Shown piece by piece: positions 40,206 through 53,199 of a stretch of DNA of 64,000 nucleotides. This DNA comes from Epiperipatus broadwayi (lineage: Eukaryota; Animalia; Onychophora), in assembly GCA_028023455.1 (NCBI GenBank), contig JAQFVV010000006.1, positions 9,052,001 to 9,116,000 of the forward strand, in the 5' to 3' direction. Each line of letters opens with the position of its first letter. Within the stretch, counting starts at the first letter, position 1. The position numbers were made by a program, and so were the translations under genes. Under the pieces are notes generated by a model, which was not told where the DNA came from, did not search any database, and saw only the letters and a program-made list of their open reading frames with translations.

Positions 40206-40690
40206 ATGGGCTACGCCACGTTTTGCAGCTTCACTAAATTTAATCTATCAGCTAGCAGCGGCTGTATTAAAGTGTCACTGCTTATTCTCCACAGAAATTG
40301 TTCAAAGAATGACTCATCAAGAAATGAGCCGTATAAGCAATTTTTTGCAAAATCTCTAAGAGCTAAGAGCTATATCATAATCTTTAATTTTGTCATTCCT
40401 GCACTATTGGTGATTTCTGAAATGAAGTCTGGTGATATACTTAGAAGGATGTGGACTAAAATAATTTGCAATATGATCTTTTATTTGATTGAAAGAATAA
40501 TCCTCAGGCGTATCGGGTTCACAGAGCCTATTAGCAATATCTATTACTCCTTTTCCTGCAAAACAGAGCAGTGTTGAGACTTTAATTTTTTCATCCTCAA
40601 CTTTATTAATGAAAAGATATTTCCCTATGTGTTGAATGGAACGATACCAATTACTGGCTTCACTAACGTCAATTTCACAAATTGGCATCG
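40206..40690 (-). mobile_element. Gypsy gag fragment related to the element at 32214
   Basis: MPICEIDVSEASNW...KVSTLLCFAG...DIANRLCEPDTPEDYSFNQI aligns with MPIGEFDVEKPTNW...KVAILLGFSG...DIANHLCELAEPEQFLYNEI. Confidence 0.85.
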
Positions 40691-41670
40691 CATTTTAGCA
40701 GATTTTGTGATATTTATTTCTCTTACGATTTAATAATAATACTGCAGCAACTTGGGATTATGATTTAATAGATTAATTATGCAATCATTATAAACATTTT
40801 AATTACAGTTATATATATATTAACCATTTATATACAGCATATATATTTATATACGGGAAGGTGTTCTCAAATAATAAAAATCAGTGTGACCTGTTTAGTC
40901 CCTAGACTAGCTTTGCCCTGGTCAGGGGCAAGCCTCTCGCAATCCTAGCTAACAAGGACAACACTTGATGATATCCAGTATCATTGTTGTTGCAAGTGCA
41001 TCTGCACGCTTGTAGCTTCCACAGCAAGTATTCTTTGGTTCTTTCTAGACCAATTCTTCCCTTTTAGAACTCTGTTCTAATTGGTTGAGCCACTTGGATC
41101 CTGCTGACATTGTCTAATGTTATTTATCCCTAGATGCATCTGGTTACTAGTAATTTCTTCTTTTTAATTGTCACTAATTAATTAGATTATTTTCTGATTG
41201 AATTCTGTGATCTTTTTTGCTCTTAGAAATTTAATTAAGATTGTTTCCTGGATTTATAATGAATCTTTTAGTAATATTAAGTCTTTTATCATATTGCTTC
41301 AATCAGTTTTAATTTTACATGTTACTTTACTTTATTATTCTCCTTTTTATAACTTTAAATGTGTATGTATTTCACCTACATACCTATAAATAACACACAA
41401 ATGTTTATAACCGTTTTTTAGTTATATATATGTATTTACTTTAAAATACACATATAAACATAGCAGTTTATTAAATCACTAATTGTAAAAACATAAAAAG
41501 TAAAATAATCGCTCGTGAAAAATCTTTGTGTCCAAAATTCTATGGGCTGACAAAAATACACAAACCAGATAGCTCCCTTTGTCCAATAGTATGTACAATA
41601 GGATCTCCCATTAATACATTAGCTAGATGTTTATCTGATTTAATAAAACCGACTATTCCATCTATTATTA

Positions 41671-41780
41671 TTTTTTCCCATATGTCATAGCATCGGCCGG
41701 GATGCGAACCCACAACCGTCTGCAACCAACGACTTGCTTGCAAGGCGGTTGCGATGACCTCCCGACTAACAACGCTTGAC
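41671..41780 (-). mobile_element. tRNA-like SINE (best-preserved A/B boxes)
   Basis: GTCAAGCGTTGTTAGTCGGGAGG (A-box-like TAGTCGGGAGG) ... GGTTCGCATCC (B-box-like) ... GATGCTATGACATATGGGAAAAAA. Confidence 0.85.
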
Positions 41781-42230
41781 AGATTGTTTCTTTATTTACA
41801 AATATTCCAATTGATGAAGGTCTAAATATCACTTCTCAACGTTATAATTTGCCTGAATACATTATTGCCTTAGCTAAACATTGTGTCATTTGGCTCAGAC
41901 ATATAGATGACACATTTATCATCTGGTAACATTGTAAAAGTGAAAAAATCATATAAATCAATTCTCATGTTAAATTTACAATGGAAACAGAGACTGGTGG
42001 CATACTTCCGCTTCTTCTTGGTGTACTCGTCACCAAGAAACAGAATAATAATCTTTTATCGTTTTCAGTTTTCAAAAAAAACTACACACAGAGAGATATA
42101 CCTGCAATTTTCATAATATCATCATCCAACTCAGATTTATACTGTATCCAAAATTCTTTTTACTACATAAATTAAGAAGTCTATTTTTGGCAAGAAAATC
42201 AATGGTTGTATTATAAAGGGTTTTTTTTCT
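41781..42230 (+). mobile_element. Deleted Penelope-like RT fragment
   Basis: IVSLFTNIPIDEGL, RHIDDTFIIW, HVKFTMETETGGILPLL and VFKKTTHREIYL are PLE RT motifs. Confidence 0.75.
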
Positions 42231-42234
42231 AAGA

Positions 42235-42458
42235 GGAGTTGGGCTGGACATATTTCTAGAAGAGTTGATAATAGTGGACAATTGAAATATTAAACTGGAC
42301 TCCCAAGAGATTGTAAAAGATCCAGAAAAAGACCACATATGAGATGGATGGATGAAATAAGAAAGTGTGTGATGTGGACAAGCTAAAAATCGGAGAAAAT
42401 GGATTGAGCTTGGAGAGAATTTCATCCTGCAGTGGATTGATAATGATTGATGATGATG
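42235..42458 (+). mobile_element. RTE LINE 3' end
   Basis: WAGHISRR..., gatggatggatgaaataagaaagtgtg, tcatcctgcagtggattgataatg plus (GAT)n. Confidence 0.8.
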
Positions 42459-42629
42459 TTTTAATTTTGAATATAGGCTAATTTTAATTATTTTACTGAC
42501 TACTTAACTTCTTATTGTAAATACCTGTAATAAATATATTAAGATTTATTTATTAGTTTGTGTATTATTATTGAATGACAGGAATTCTGGCAATAATACA
42601 GACTAAAACACAGCAAGAATACAATTACC

Positions 42630-42780
42630 ATCGTCGGCAACAATGATTAAAAATCCACTGCAGAATAAGAGTCATTCCAAACTAGTCCAGCTTTCCGATC
42701 CATAAAGTTGTTCTTATTTCTATCACTCCTGCAAACATTATCTCACCGTCCACCTTAAAACATTGGCTCTTTATAAATAT
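42630..42780 (-). mobile_element. RTE-like 3' end, diverged subfamily
   Basis: Reverse complement contains gatcggaaagctggactagtttggaatgactcttattctgcagtggatt. Confidence 0.55.
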
Positions 42781-43688
42781 TTTACTAACTTTTCGGGTCC
42801 AGATTAAAATTTCAGTGATGCACTTATTGTCTTTGTTTTCTAGCTACAAATTACCATATACTTTTGCGTGTGTTTATGCATACGTGTGCGTGCATATGTT
42901 TACTTGATAATGTTTTACTCATGTAGGAGAACCGATATTTTTTTATATTATAGTTACTTTTTTTTAAATCGTAAGTTTTAAACGTCTTTTGAAAAATATA
43001 AATATAAGTTAAAAAAACTTTTAAACAAATCAAACCGAAAAGAAGGAAAAATGTATTTTTGTTTTAATACTTTATATACAAATATAAAGAAGAACGTGGA
43101 AAAAAACAACATATTTCACTATTGTTATACACTTACAGTTTCGATTACTTAAGATTAAGAAAGCCGTTGAAAATTATTGCAATTATGCCATATTTAAATC
43201 TTCCAAAAAGATTGACAGAAATTTGTTCTCAAAAAGAATTGGAAAATCTTAATTGGATCAAAACTAGAGAATCTTTGCAAAACTACATAAATAATTTTGT
43301 ACATATCGTCAATAGCACTCATATAAGTCAAACACTTGGTTTTCGTAAGTATGTGATGTGTGTATATATAAGTATTTATATAAAAGCTCTTAAATATAAC
43401 CAAAATGCACTCAACTGCTATGTTGATTTGGGTTTGAATTCAGTGCAAGTAAGCTAATTTTTTTTTAAAAGGTTTAGGATTTTTTCGTCAGATAATCCAT
43501 TTTTCTCATCCAATAATGGTCTGAAATGAATGTCTGGCTATGTTTAGGTAAAGAGTAAAGTAAAGATTAAAATAAACATGACTGGTGAGTAAACCTTTTT
43601 TTTCACTGTTTCTTTATAAGGGCTGTTAAAGAGGTCTCTTCCCTGTAATAGGCTATTTAAAAGACTGTTTTACTTATATAAATATACG

Positions 43689-43851
43689 AAACTGAAACGG
43701 AAGTAACTCCAATTCCCATTGATCATTAGTCAAACATCAATAAATTATAAAAAAAATGGAATGATAACTTCATTCTTTCCAAAATCTATTAATATTTGAT
43801 TATTGATTATGCGTGTCGCCATGGAAGTTACAGTTATTCCGTTTCAATTTT
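43689..43851. mobile_element. MITE, ~20-bp TIR (aaa(c/t)tgaaacggaagtaact)
   Basis: Inverted termini aaactgaaacggaagtaact / agttattccgtttcaatttt. The same TIR family recurs at 56131-56304. Confidence 0.65.
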
Positions 43852-45301
43852 ATATCGTTAAAATATGATTAGTGATTTTCTTTTTCAAAACCTGCTTTGA
43901 TTGGAGTTCATTGTCTTGATATATATTTGTCAGTTGAAAAACTTTTTTTTTTGTTTTCCAAAATCTACCTGGATTTCTTCTAGTTTGGCTTGTGTACTAA
44001 ACATGCAACGAAGATAGGAGGTCATTTTACATGTGTAATATTGCGATTGAAAGAAAATAAACCCTGCGCTGGATATTGAAAAATGTGATTTTCTTTTTTA
44101 ACGCCTGCTTTGATTGGAGTTATTTGGCTTGATTTATATTTGTCAGTTGCATAAACTTTTTTTCCAAAATCGCAATATTACACATGTGTTTTGACTTCCT
44201 ATCTTCTCTTGGTTGCATGTTTAGTACGCATGTACCGTTATATATATATATATGAAATAATATTCGGTTCATTCCTGTGTAGTAAAAACCTATGTGGATA
44301 TTTTGACTGGATAAAACTGGTCATCAACTAGGTTATTATAAAAATGATTTTAGAGCCTATAAATATTGATGTATATTAAGATTCAAAGTTCTATCAATAG
44401 GATGAAGGTAGAAATAATAAAAATCAGGAACTGTGTATATATGATAGGTTTAATGTACTTCACTGATGAATTGTGATATAACCTTTAGAACTAGTTTTGG
44501 AAAATGTATATTTTAATTAGAAAAAATGTCTAGAAAATGTTATTCGATAACAACAAAGTTTTAACTTATTATCCCTAAGTCGAATCACATGACCTTAGCT
44601 TATCAAAACATTGTCGTTGCCTAGTAACATCTTCTGGATACTTTCTCTAATTAAAAACACAGCTTTTCTAAAGTTATTTCCAATGTATAATATTAAAAAA
44701 TATATAGCATGAAATATAATTAGAGTGAATATTTCTCTAACTGCGGCACAAAGTTAAAATATTATAGAAACTCTTATGTCTAACTGTCAATAAAAAAGCC
44801 TCACTTATCCTAAAATTCTGAGAATTTATGTAGATTGCCTTGAGAATATTAAATTGGACCAATTTTAATAACAGTTTGTTTGCATTTACATTTCTTTGAT
44901 TTGTATATCTCCTAGTACTTACAGATACCTATGTTCCACATGGGATGCACATCAATGTTATCTTTGTCACAATAATCATAAGGCATGTTCTTTTTATAAT
45001 CCTAATCTCAAACACAACCCCTTATACAATAATAACGGTAGTTTTCTCTTAGCGTGTGGCAACCACTTGAGGGCATAATTTCTATGTAAACAAACAGAAT
45101 TATAACTTTACTGGGCCATTGTTCCTTTTTTTTTTCAACTTTAAAGTGCTTTTTTGATTTACAATAAAATCCTAAATAATGAAATTTATCTAACAGAAAT
45201 AAAATAAATTGTATAAACCTTTTCTGTTTAATTTTTATTTTTGTAAAATAAAATTTGTAATTTTAACAAGAATAAAAACCAATAAAAGCAACATCATGGC
45301 G

Positions 45302-45830
45302 ACATATACGAGGGATGGGCAGACCTTACAGCACTATATCTTAATATATTATTTTTTTCTACAGTACAAGATTTTTTATACCTGCACTCCACTATGTAAT
45401 ATATAGCGGATTTGAACTAGTGCTGTAAGGTCTGCCCATCCCTCATATATGTACGTAAATAGATTATGTCCTGTATTTGAGAGGTCATAGTGACTTATGG
45501 TCAACATGGATAGGATGAAAAGGTTGGTAATAATGTGGGCTTTGAGCATTCCATCATCAAATTTTCAATGAAATGGATGGCTGCAGAGTTGTGGGGTGGA
45601 GTGGATTGAAGCCTGTCTATTAAAGTATGAAGATTGGCTATTTTAATATAAGCTGAGCATTGATTGGATATATGTGTGGAGATGATAATCTGGACCAACT
45701 GACGAGTGCTGCTTTAGCATCAAATATTTATACTGGTGATTATTTATCTTTTCGACATGTATGTGATCAAGTGTGACAGCAATGTGAGATAGCGTGGATA
45801 GTTGAGGGTCGTGTGAAAGTCCGAGTTTAA
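45302..45830 (+). mobile_element. Family A element with an inverted 5' fragment
   Basis: Sense unit 45418-45830 with degenerate HHR at 45694-45737 (CTGACGA-GTGCT...AGCAT-CAAA). 45302-45336 is the reverse complement of 45418-45452. Confidence 0.8.
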
Positions 45831-47539
45831 AATTATTTAAATAAAATCTTTACTTTTTACAATGTCTTAGTAATTTTTAAATTATTGATATGAAGTATAT
45901 AAGCATATACATAGTTTCAACATGTATTGTAATGCCCGAGATAAGAGAAGCGTAGATAAATCAAGAATCTACGATTGAATGATTATGATATAAAAATGCA
46001 GTTCTTATAATATTCCAAACAAATTTTTTCCAGATTCAAATATAAAGACAGCTGGATGGTGCAATTGGAGTCATATGAGATTCCGATTAACTCATCATCA
46101 TTACCCTCATCTGTTCATAAATGGAATTTAACAGCCAATGATGTACATAAATATGTGCAAACACAAACTATAAACCACATAGTTTATGACCTTCCAATAT
46201 ATGATTGCAGCAACAGAATTGAAGAGCTTAATAAGGCCATTGAAGATTCTATCTCTAAAGATTAAAACCTCCATATATTTTTATGACATTTTAATAATAG
46301 TTTAGATATCAAAAATCTGCATGCTAAATAAATAAATAGTCCATAAATTAAAGCAATCATCCACAGCACCTGCTTTACATCCACTAATCAAATGTAACTA
46401 AAGTGGATTGCATGAGACTAAAAATATAATAAAAAATATTTGTACCTGGGTTGATAATGTACAATAACAAGTGTCTCTATATCCTGAACCCACTTTGGTA
46501 TAACTTATGTAACTACAAGCGGGAAAATTACATGAAAATCATCTTATGAAAAATCCACTTATGAAATTCATCTGCTAATGATCATGTCATATTATAGGCA
46601 GACCAATATAATAGATGAAGTGATAAGACTGTAATAAAAATAGCTGCATATGTAGAAGGTGATAAAAATAGATGCATAATTATAAGTGATGTTCTACAAA
46701 ACTTAACTGAGTGTAAATATTTCTCATTATTTTAAATTATTATATAACTATAAAATCACAATTATGATCTTCCATGTCCCATTTTATTTGTAAGTGAATT
46801 GCAGTTCATATCTTTAATCTAATGGTAAGGGATATGTTTTGATATATATCATCTATCTGTAAACCAACTTTTTCTTGATTGGCTAAAAAGTTATCTGATA
46901 AAATCAGCTTTTTATACATAAATAGAGCAAAATCTATCTACTACTGAGGACATTTCCTTTATTGAAAGGCCATTATTACAAACCTATGTTTGAACCCTTC
47001 TATATATAAAAAATAGGGTCGCACTTTCTACTTGTTATTGTTTTTAATTGCGAAGTGGGGAGCGTAATTATTTGCACTAAGTACTTCATTTCTGCTCTTC
47101 GATGTTTTCAGATACTTGCAATTTTATTTTTGATTTCATAATCATTTTCTCTAATTATTTCGGCATTTGTTTCATTTTTTTGTATATATATACTTTCATA
47201 CCGTGCAGTCAGTCCATTTTTCCATTTTGAATGATCATTACATTATCCAAAGATGCTTTGATGTTTATGTTCTTGGAAATACGTTTAAAGCATAAAATAT
47301 ATCTAGATAAATCACGCTAAGGAATTTATGAGCCATGTTTGTATAGCCAAATGTAAAGAAGAAGGGGTGCAAGAATAAAGATGAAATATATGGAAAAGTT
47401 GTATCAATAATTATTTAGTGATTTTGTTTTTTAGAGTATATTTCTCAAATTATTAAATTTTCAAAATTGCCAGTATTTAAAATGAAGTAAGACATATAAT
47501 TAAATCTATGTGAATTACTGAACTTTTAAAAGAAACAGG

Positions 47540-49085
47540 TGAAGAAAATGAAAAATTATTGATAATTCTATTTAGCAAATAACTAAATTAATATTAATGT
47601 TTTGCTTTCCTCCCACATAATTACGAATAACTAAATAATTAAACAATACCTGATGATTGAAATAATGGCAAGTAATATTGATATTTAAGAACTGTGATAA
47701 AGAAAATACTAGAAATTATAGACCTATTAGTCTTCGATCAGTTTTAAACAAAATCTTTATCCAGAATAATAAAAACTCATCTCCAATATTTTTTAAAACA
47801 ATCAAACAAACAAGCTAGATGTAAAAATGGTTTTAATTTAATGGATTACGTTAACGTATTAATAAGATATTTATTTATATAACGCTATGTTAACAAATTG
47901 TAATTGTAAATTAGCGATCAGGCTAATGCACATGCGCTTTACAAATTTTAAACTATACGTAAATGAGGCTAATGCACATGCGCTTTACAGATATTCATTT
48001 ACGTATAGTTTAAAATCTGTAAAGCGCATGTGTATTAGCCTGATCGTTAACATATCAAGAAACAACATGTAAAAGATCAACGAATATGAGTTGCCATGAG
48101 CATTTTCACCGAGATTAAAGTTGAGACCAACAAATTATAGACTGGGATATTTTCATTTTCTGAAGAACATCTATCAAAATGTAACAACAATGATTAAATT
48201 ACCTAGTGATATTAAGAAGATTAACATTGGCAAGGATGTATCTTCAAAAAATTTTACAGCAGTTTTATAAAAAGTATTTTATGGATTAAAATGGGACACT
48301 AAAAGAGTAAAAGTAAATAAAAATTATATTTTAAATCATCTATATTTTATAGTTAGTGCGGATGTTTTTGGAACTAATATTTCAGAAGTTCAAGAAATAT
48401 AACGAGTTATAAGATGAGAGTAACTTAGAAAACTAAAATATTTAGTGGATTTTTTTTTTTAAAAAAAGGCAGTACAGAATGATAATTATGAAATAAGAAA
48501 TTAACAATTACAAATACCTTAATCAGATTATTAATAGAAATATTATGAATGAGATCAGTCATAAAATTAGGTGATGCTTTTTTGAGAGAAAGACTTTTTT
48601 AAAAAAATATGTCTATTGGTTTGACAATAAAAGTTTTTAATAAACATGATTTATTAATTCCTACTTATAAATCTGAGATTTGAACACCTGGAATTTGAAC
48701 ACTTAAGAAAACAGAAATATATGGACTTCAGACCACTCACCCAAATAGAGAGAGCTGTATGTTAAGAATATCAAGTAGGGATTGAAATCAAAATACGTGG
48801 GTAAAAGAAGATTGCTGTCAGTGGAGCAATGACTGAAACGAAGCTGGGCTGGAAATATTGTTAGAATAGATAATAATAGAGAGTTAATGATTTAAATTGG
48901 TTTCCAAAAAGTTGTAAAAAAGCACCTAAAACGAGACCATATGTGAGATGTTTGAAGGAAATAAGGAAATTTTCTGATGTTATGTGGAAAAGAGAGGCTA
49001 TGGGCCAGAGAAACTGGATCAAATTTGGAGAGACTTTCATTTTGCAGTAAATCAATAACGGTCAAAAATGATGATGATGATAATG
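47540..49085 (+). mobile_element. Decayed RTE LINE (RT plus 3' tail)
   Basis: NYRPISL at ~47715, then RT remnants and an RTE-type 3' end (tttggagagactttcattttgcagt...(GAT)n). Interrupted by the palindrome at 47911-48050. Confidence 0.75.
47911..48050. repeat. Palindrome whose spacer duplicates part of the left arm
   Basis: Arms 47911-47966 / 47995-48050. Spacer ggctaatgcacatgcgctttacag repeats 47921-47943. Confidence 0.9.
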
Positions 49086-50107
49086 TTTATACATATGTGT
49101 GTAATAAATTAGGGAAGAATTTCAACTCCCTCTAGTATGGATTTTTACATAACGTTATTCATCTCTAACATAGAATGAACAAACAGATTTTAATACTACT
49201 TTTTGGCTGCAGTTTAGTAAAAGCAAGTCTTTCAATAATCTAAATAGATATCAACCATATCCGAATAGCAGTCATAGACTTTGGGTAATAGATTCATATG
49301 ATTTATTGGACTTTTACAATGTAATTATATATTATTGCAAAGCACTTTTTTTTCTTGTGTTCAAACATCGTTTAATATTAAATACTCACTATAAAAGTCA
49401 GACACCATTATAATCTCACGTCAAAACAAATAAAGTTTAGCATAAGCTAATTACAAAATCGCACGAATAATAATTATCATTACATACAAACACACACATA
49501 AGTGATGGTAGAGGGACTTGTGAATTTAAAACGCCCATTTATGAGTCTGATTTTAAAGCAGATTATGTTTATCAAATTAATGGGGGTTATATAAAACCCT
49601 AGGGGATATAAGAATGTCATTATGCTACAATCCAAATGTCAGCTGTCTTGCCTACATGACCATCTTAGACTAGAGTAAAAAATGAGGATCCATTTTTCAC
49701 TTATGAAAGTAGCAGACAACAGATTAAAGATTGATGTATTAGATAAACTTAAGGCTCTTGATATATATTTATATGACTATTAAACATTAATGGTAATTAC
49801 TAACAATAATAATTATAAAATTCAAAACAAAAGAGTTCATTGAAACTGATTATGATAGTAAAAAAAATAATAAAACTATATAAGTGTAAAAAGTCTAAGA
49901 TGAATTTTAAAAAACAAAAAATATTAAATTATGACAAATGGGTATTGGTTATTTTTTTCCAAACATTCAAACCAAACTTATCAAAAATAAGTATGGAAAA
50001 CAATTTTCATTTTGTGTTCTGCCTAATTTTGTACATTATGGAATAATTTAAAAAATATGATATTTGGACAATAAAAAAATAATATTGTATATCAAATTGT
50101 GTCAATG

Positions 50108-51960
50108 TCATCATCATCAACCATTACCAATCCACTGCAGGATGAAGGTCTCTCCAAGTTCAAACCATCTTCTCCGATCTTTAGCTTGGGGGTCTTCTCC
50201 ACATCACCCCTGCACACTTTCTTATTTCATCCATCCATCTCACATGTCTCTTTCTGGGTCTTTGGCAATCTCTTGAAATCCAGTTTAAGATTTCAATTGT
50301 CCATATGTTATCATCTCTTCTAGCAATATGTACAGCCCAACTCCACTTCAGTCTTTTAATTTTTTCAGTGAGGTCAATAACACCTGTTTGTTCTCTTACC
50401 CATATATTGCATTTTCGATCTCTTCTTGTTACTCCTAACATGCAGCTTTCCATACTTCTTTGAGTGGTCTGAAGTCTTTGTATTCTTTTTCTATTAAGTG
50501 TCCAAGTCTCAAATCCATAAGTAAGAATGGGTAAAACACATTTATTAAAAACCTTTTTTTTTTCAAACACGTAGGCATATTTCCTTTTAGTATCAAGTTA
50601 TTTCTATCAAAAGAACTCTAAACAAATTTAATTCTATGATTAATTTCAATCATTATGTTTCCATCTGTATCAATAATCTGACTAAGATATTTGTAGCTGT
50701 TAACTTCTTCTAACTCATCATAATCAATCTTTATTTTCCTACTTTCATCTGGTAACTCCTGCAATATTTCCTGCAGCTCTAACGTATTATTTACAAAAAC
50801 AACTACATCATCTGCAAAATTTAATTGACTTAAATAATCTCCATTTACTTTCACTTCTTTAGCTTTCCATTTTAATCCATAAAATACTTCTTACAGCACT
50901 GCTGAAAATGTTTTGGAGATATGGAGTCACTCTGTCTAACACCCTTCTCAATGTTGACTTTTCTAATATCATTATATAATCTAATTATTGTTGTTGCATT
51001 TTTATAAATATACTTTAAAATATGACAATATCCTGGATTTACACCTTGATGATCCAATGCTTTAATCACTGAAGAAATGTTTATAGAATCAAATGCCTTT
51101 TCATAATCTACAAATCCAAAGCATAATGGCAACTCATATTCACTTGTCCTTCCAATACCGGGATATGATAATCCAGCTTGTTCTCTTGGTTGGTGGAAAT
51201 CCAATATTCCCTGTAGACGAGTTGTAATTATCTTGGTAAAAAAATGGTATAAAACTGATAAAAAGGCTGATAGGTCTGTAATTTCTAATATCTTCTTTAT
51301 CACCTTTTTAAATATTAATATTAATACTGCATTCTTCCAATCATCTGGTACATCTTTATCATTTAGACATTTGATATATAACTTTGCTAAAAAATTCTAT
51401 TTTTTACCTGCTTCTTTTAATATATCAATTATAATTCCATCATTATAATTCCTTTGCCTGTTCTTTATTATTATATAATTCTTGATAGAAGTCTTCTACC
51501 CATTTCATGATGTCATCTCTCTTTTTAGTAATAGTTCCATCTTTTTTCCTTATTGCAGATATAAATTTCCTACCAATACCAAAATACTGTTTTACAATCT
51601 TGAGACTTTTATTCTCTTCTACAGTTTTACTCTCTAGTCCACAGTTATACTTTCTTATATCATTTTCAACTATTTTCTGCACTATTTTACAAAATTCGAG
51701 GTATTCAATCCTTTTTAATGCACCATTTTTGTATAGCTTCATATTCCTTCTTTTCTTCATAAATTCTCTAGTCTCAGTAGAAATTTTATTGCTCAATTGC
51801 TGCTTTTTTCTACCAGCTATCTTTGCTACAGTTTTTAAAAGTGTATCAGTTATTTTCTTATTAATTTCATTCAAATCTGAATCATATTCAAAATCTACTA
51901 ATCCTTGAAAACGATTTGTAAGTTCTAATTTAAATTCATTAGAGTGTTTCTGAAGATGAG
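50108..51960 (-). mobile_element. RTE-clade LINE, 5'-truncated and frameshifted
   Basis: ITTRLQGILDFHQPREQAG, FVDYEKAFDSI, KGVRQSDSISPK, LNFADDVV, CVLPILTYGFETW, LKWSWAVHIARR and (GAT)n tail. Confidence 0.95.
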
Positions 51961-52573
51961 TAATATCATCTGTAAATATTGTTTTTCTTAATGTGTGTCA
52001 ATGTAAAGTTCTTTATATTGGAGAACCAATATACAGTTTTGATCATAAAACATTATGTATGTTCGTTGTTAAATCTAATCTGAATAACTATAGTAACTGT
52101 CATGAAAAAAAATATAATAAAGGAAATATCAAGTGGATTGTTTGAAGAGATAGCACTATTAAAAAACATGAATCATGGAATATTTTATGATGATGCTTAT
52201 TTTTAACAAATTAAAAAATTATTAAAAACTGAAAATGGTTATGAAAATAACTAAGTACTTTTGAATATTATTATAGTTATTAATATCTGCCACAATTTCA
52301 TAATTGTATTTATTTTTACTATTGATAATCTATAATGGGTTTTTTATTTGGTTAATGTGCATTTTTATTTAAGTTTTTTTCCTTCAGAGGTCTTCCTAAA
52401 ACAAACTCAAGATTGATCAATAATTAGGTATCCAGTCATTCTTAACTAGATAATGAAACCAAAAATGCTTTTCCATCCAAATTTCTTTTTTTAGGAACAG
52501 TAGAAATTGTTGAAACAATACTTGTTCTACAGTGGGTCATTTAATGTCTGTTTCAACTTTATTCTATATACCA

Positions 52574-52576
<3 letters not shown>

Positions 52577-52645
<69 letters not shown>
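52577..52645. repeat. (TA)n microsatellite
   Basis: Uninterrupted TA run. Similar runs near 14580 and 21125. Confidence 0.98.
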
Positions 52646-52655
<10 letters not shown>

Positions 52656-52693
52656 GTTATAAATTTTGTAACTTGCTTTTAAGCTTGCATTTT

Positions 52694-53191
52694 ATGATCA
52701 ATAGATGGAGCTTTACCAATAGCTCTAAACAAGCTTTGTTTGCATAAGTGCTGAGAGAGAGAGAATTCAATCTCTATTGATTCTCCCTACCTCCAGACCA
52801 GCTGGTTTCGAGCTTAATGTCTCACATCAGTGAAGGGCTGGGAGACTAGAACCTAAAGTACCAACTCAAAAGTTAGCACTTATCAAACACGTTTCTATCA
52901 ATTTGAAAGCATGAATTTTTCGGACACATAAATGTCTTCAAATCCAGCTTAACAAACTAGATTCATGCTTTCAAATTGATAGAAATGTGTTTGATAAGTG
53001 CTAACTTTTGAGTTGGTATTTTAGGTCTAGTTTCTAGTGTCCCAGCCCTTCACTGATGTGAGCCATTAAGCTCAAAGCCAGCTGGTCTGGAGGTAGGAAG
53101 AATCGATAGAGATTTTGAATTCTATCTCTCTCGGCACTTATGTAAACAAAGCTCATTTAGAGCTATTAGTAAAGCTCCATCTATTGATCAT
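52694..53191. mobile_element. Family B inverted dimer (arms ~225 bp, 44-bp spacer)
   Basis: 52694-52916 is the reverse complement of 52961-53191. Shares taatagctctaaacaagc and the HHR region with 16390-16860. Confidence 0.9.
52791..52835 (-). ncRNA. Hammerhead motif (family B variant, A9U, long palindromic helix III)
   Basis: CTTCA-CTGATGT-GAGA cattaa GCTC-GAAA-CCAGCTGG-TC-TGGAG. The mirror copy at 53048-53092 (+) has GAAA mutated to AAAG. Confidence 0.6.
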
Positions 53192-53199
53192 ATATATAT

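Noticed and set aside
41671-41780. Functional tRNA gene
   Set aside because: No complete cloverleaf; has an A tail and TSDs in sister copies, so it is a SINE.
44924-45078. Possible third CFAP251 exon (YLCSTWDAHQCYL...LLACGN)
   Set aside because: Only scattered similarity, an in-frame stop and no suitable donor; cannot be supported without alignment.
46031-46900. Host exon after the ttttttccag acceptor
   Set aside because: The frame ends in a stop with no donor, and the peptide looks more like a decayed LINE linker/RNase H region; too uncertain to list.
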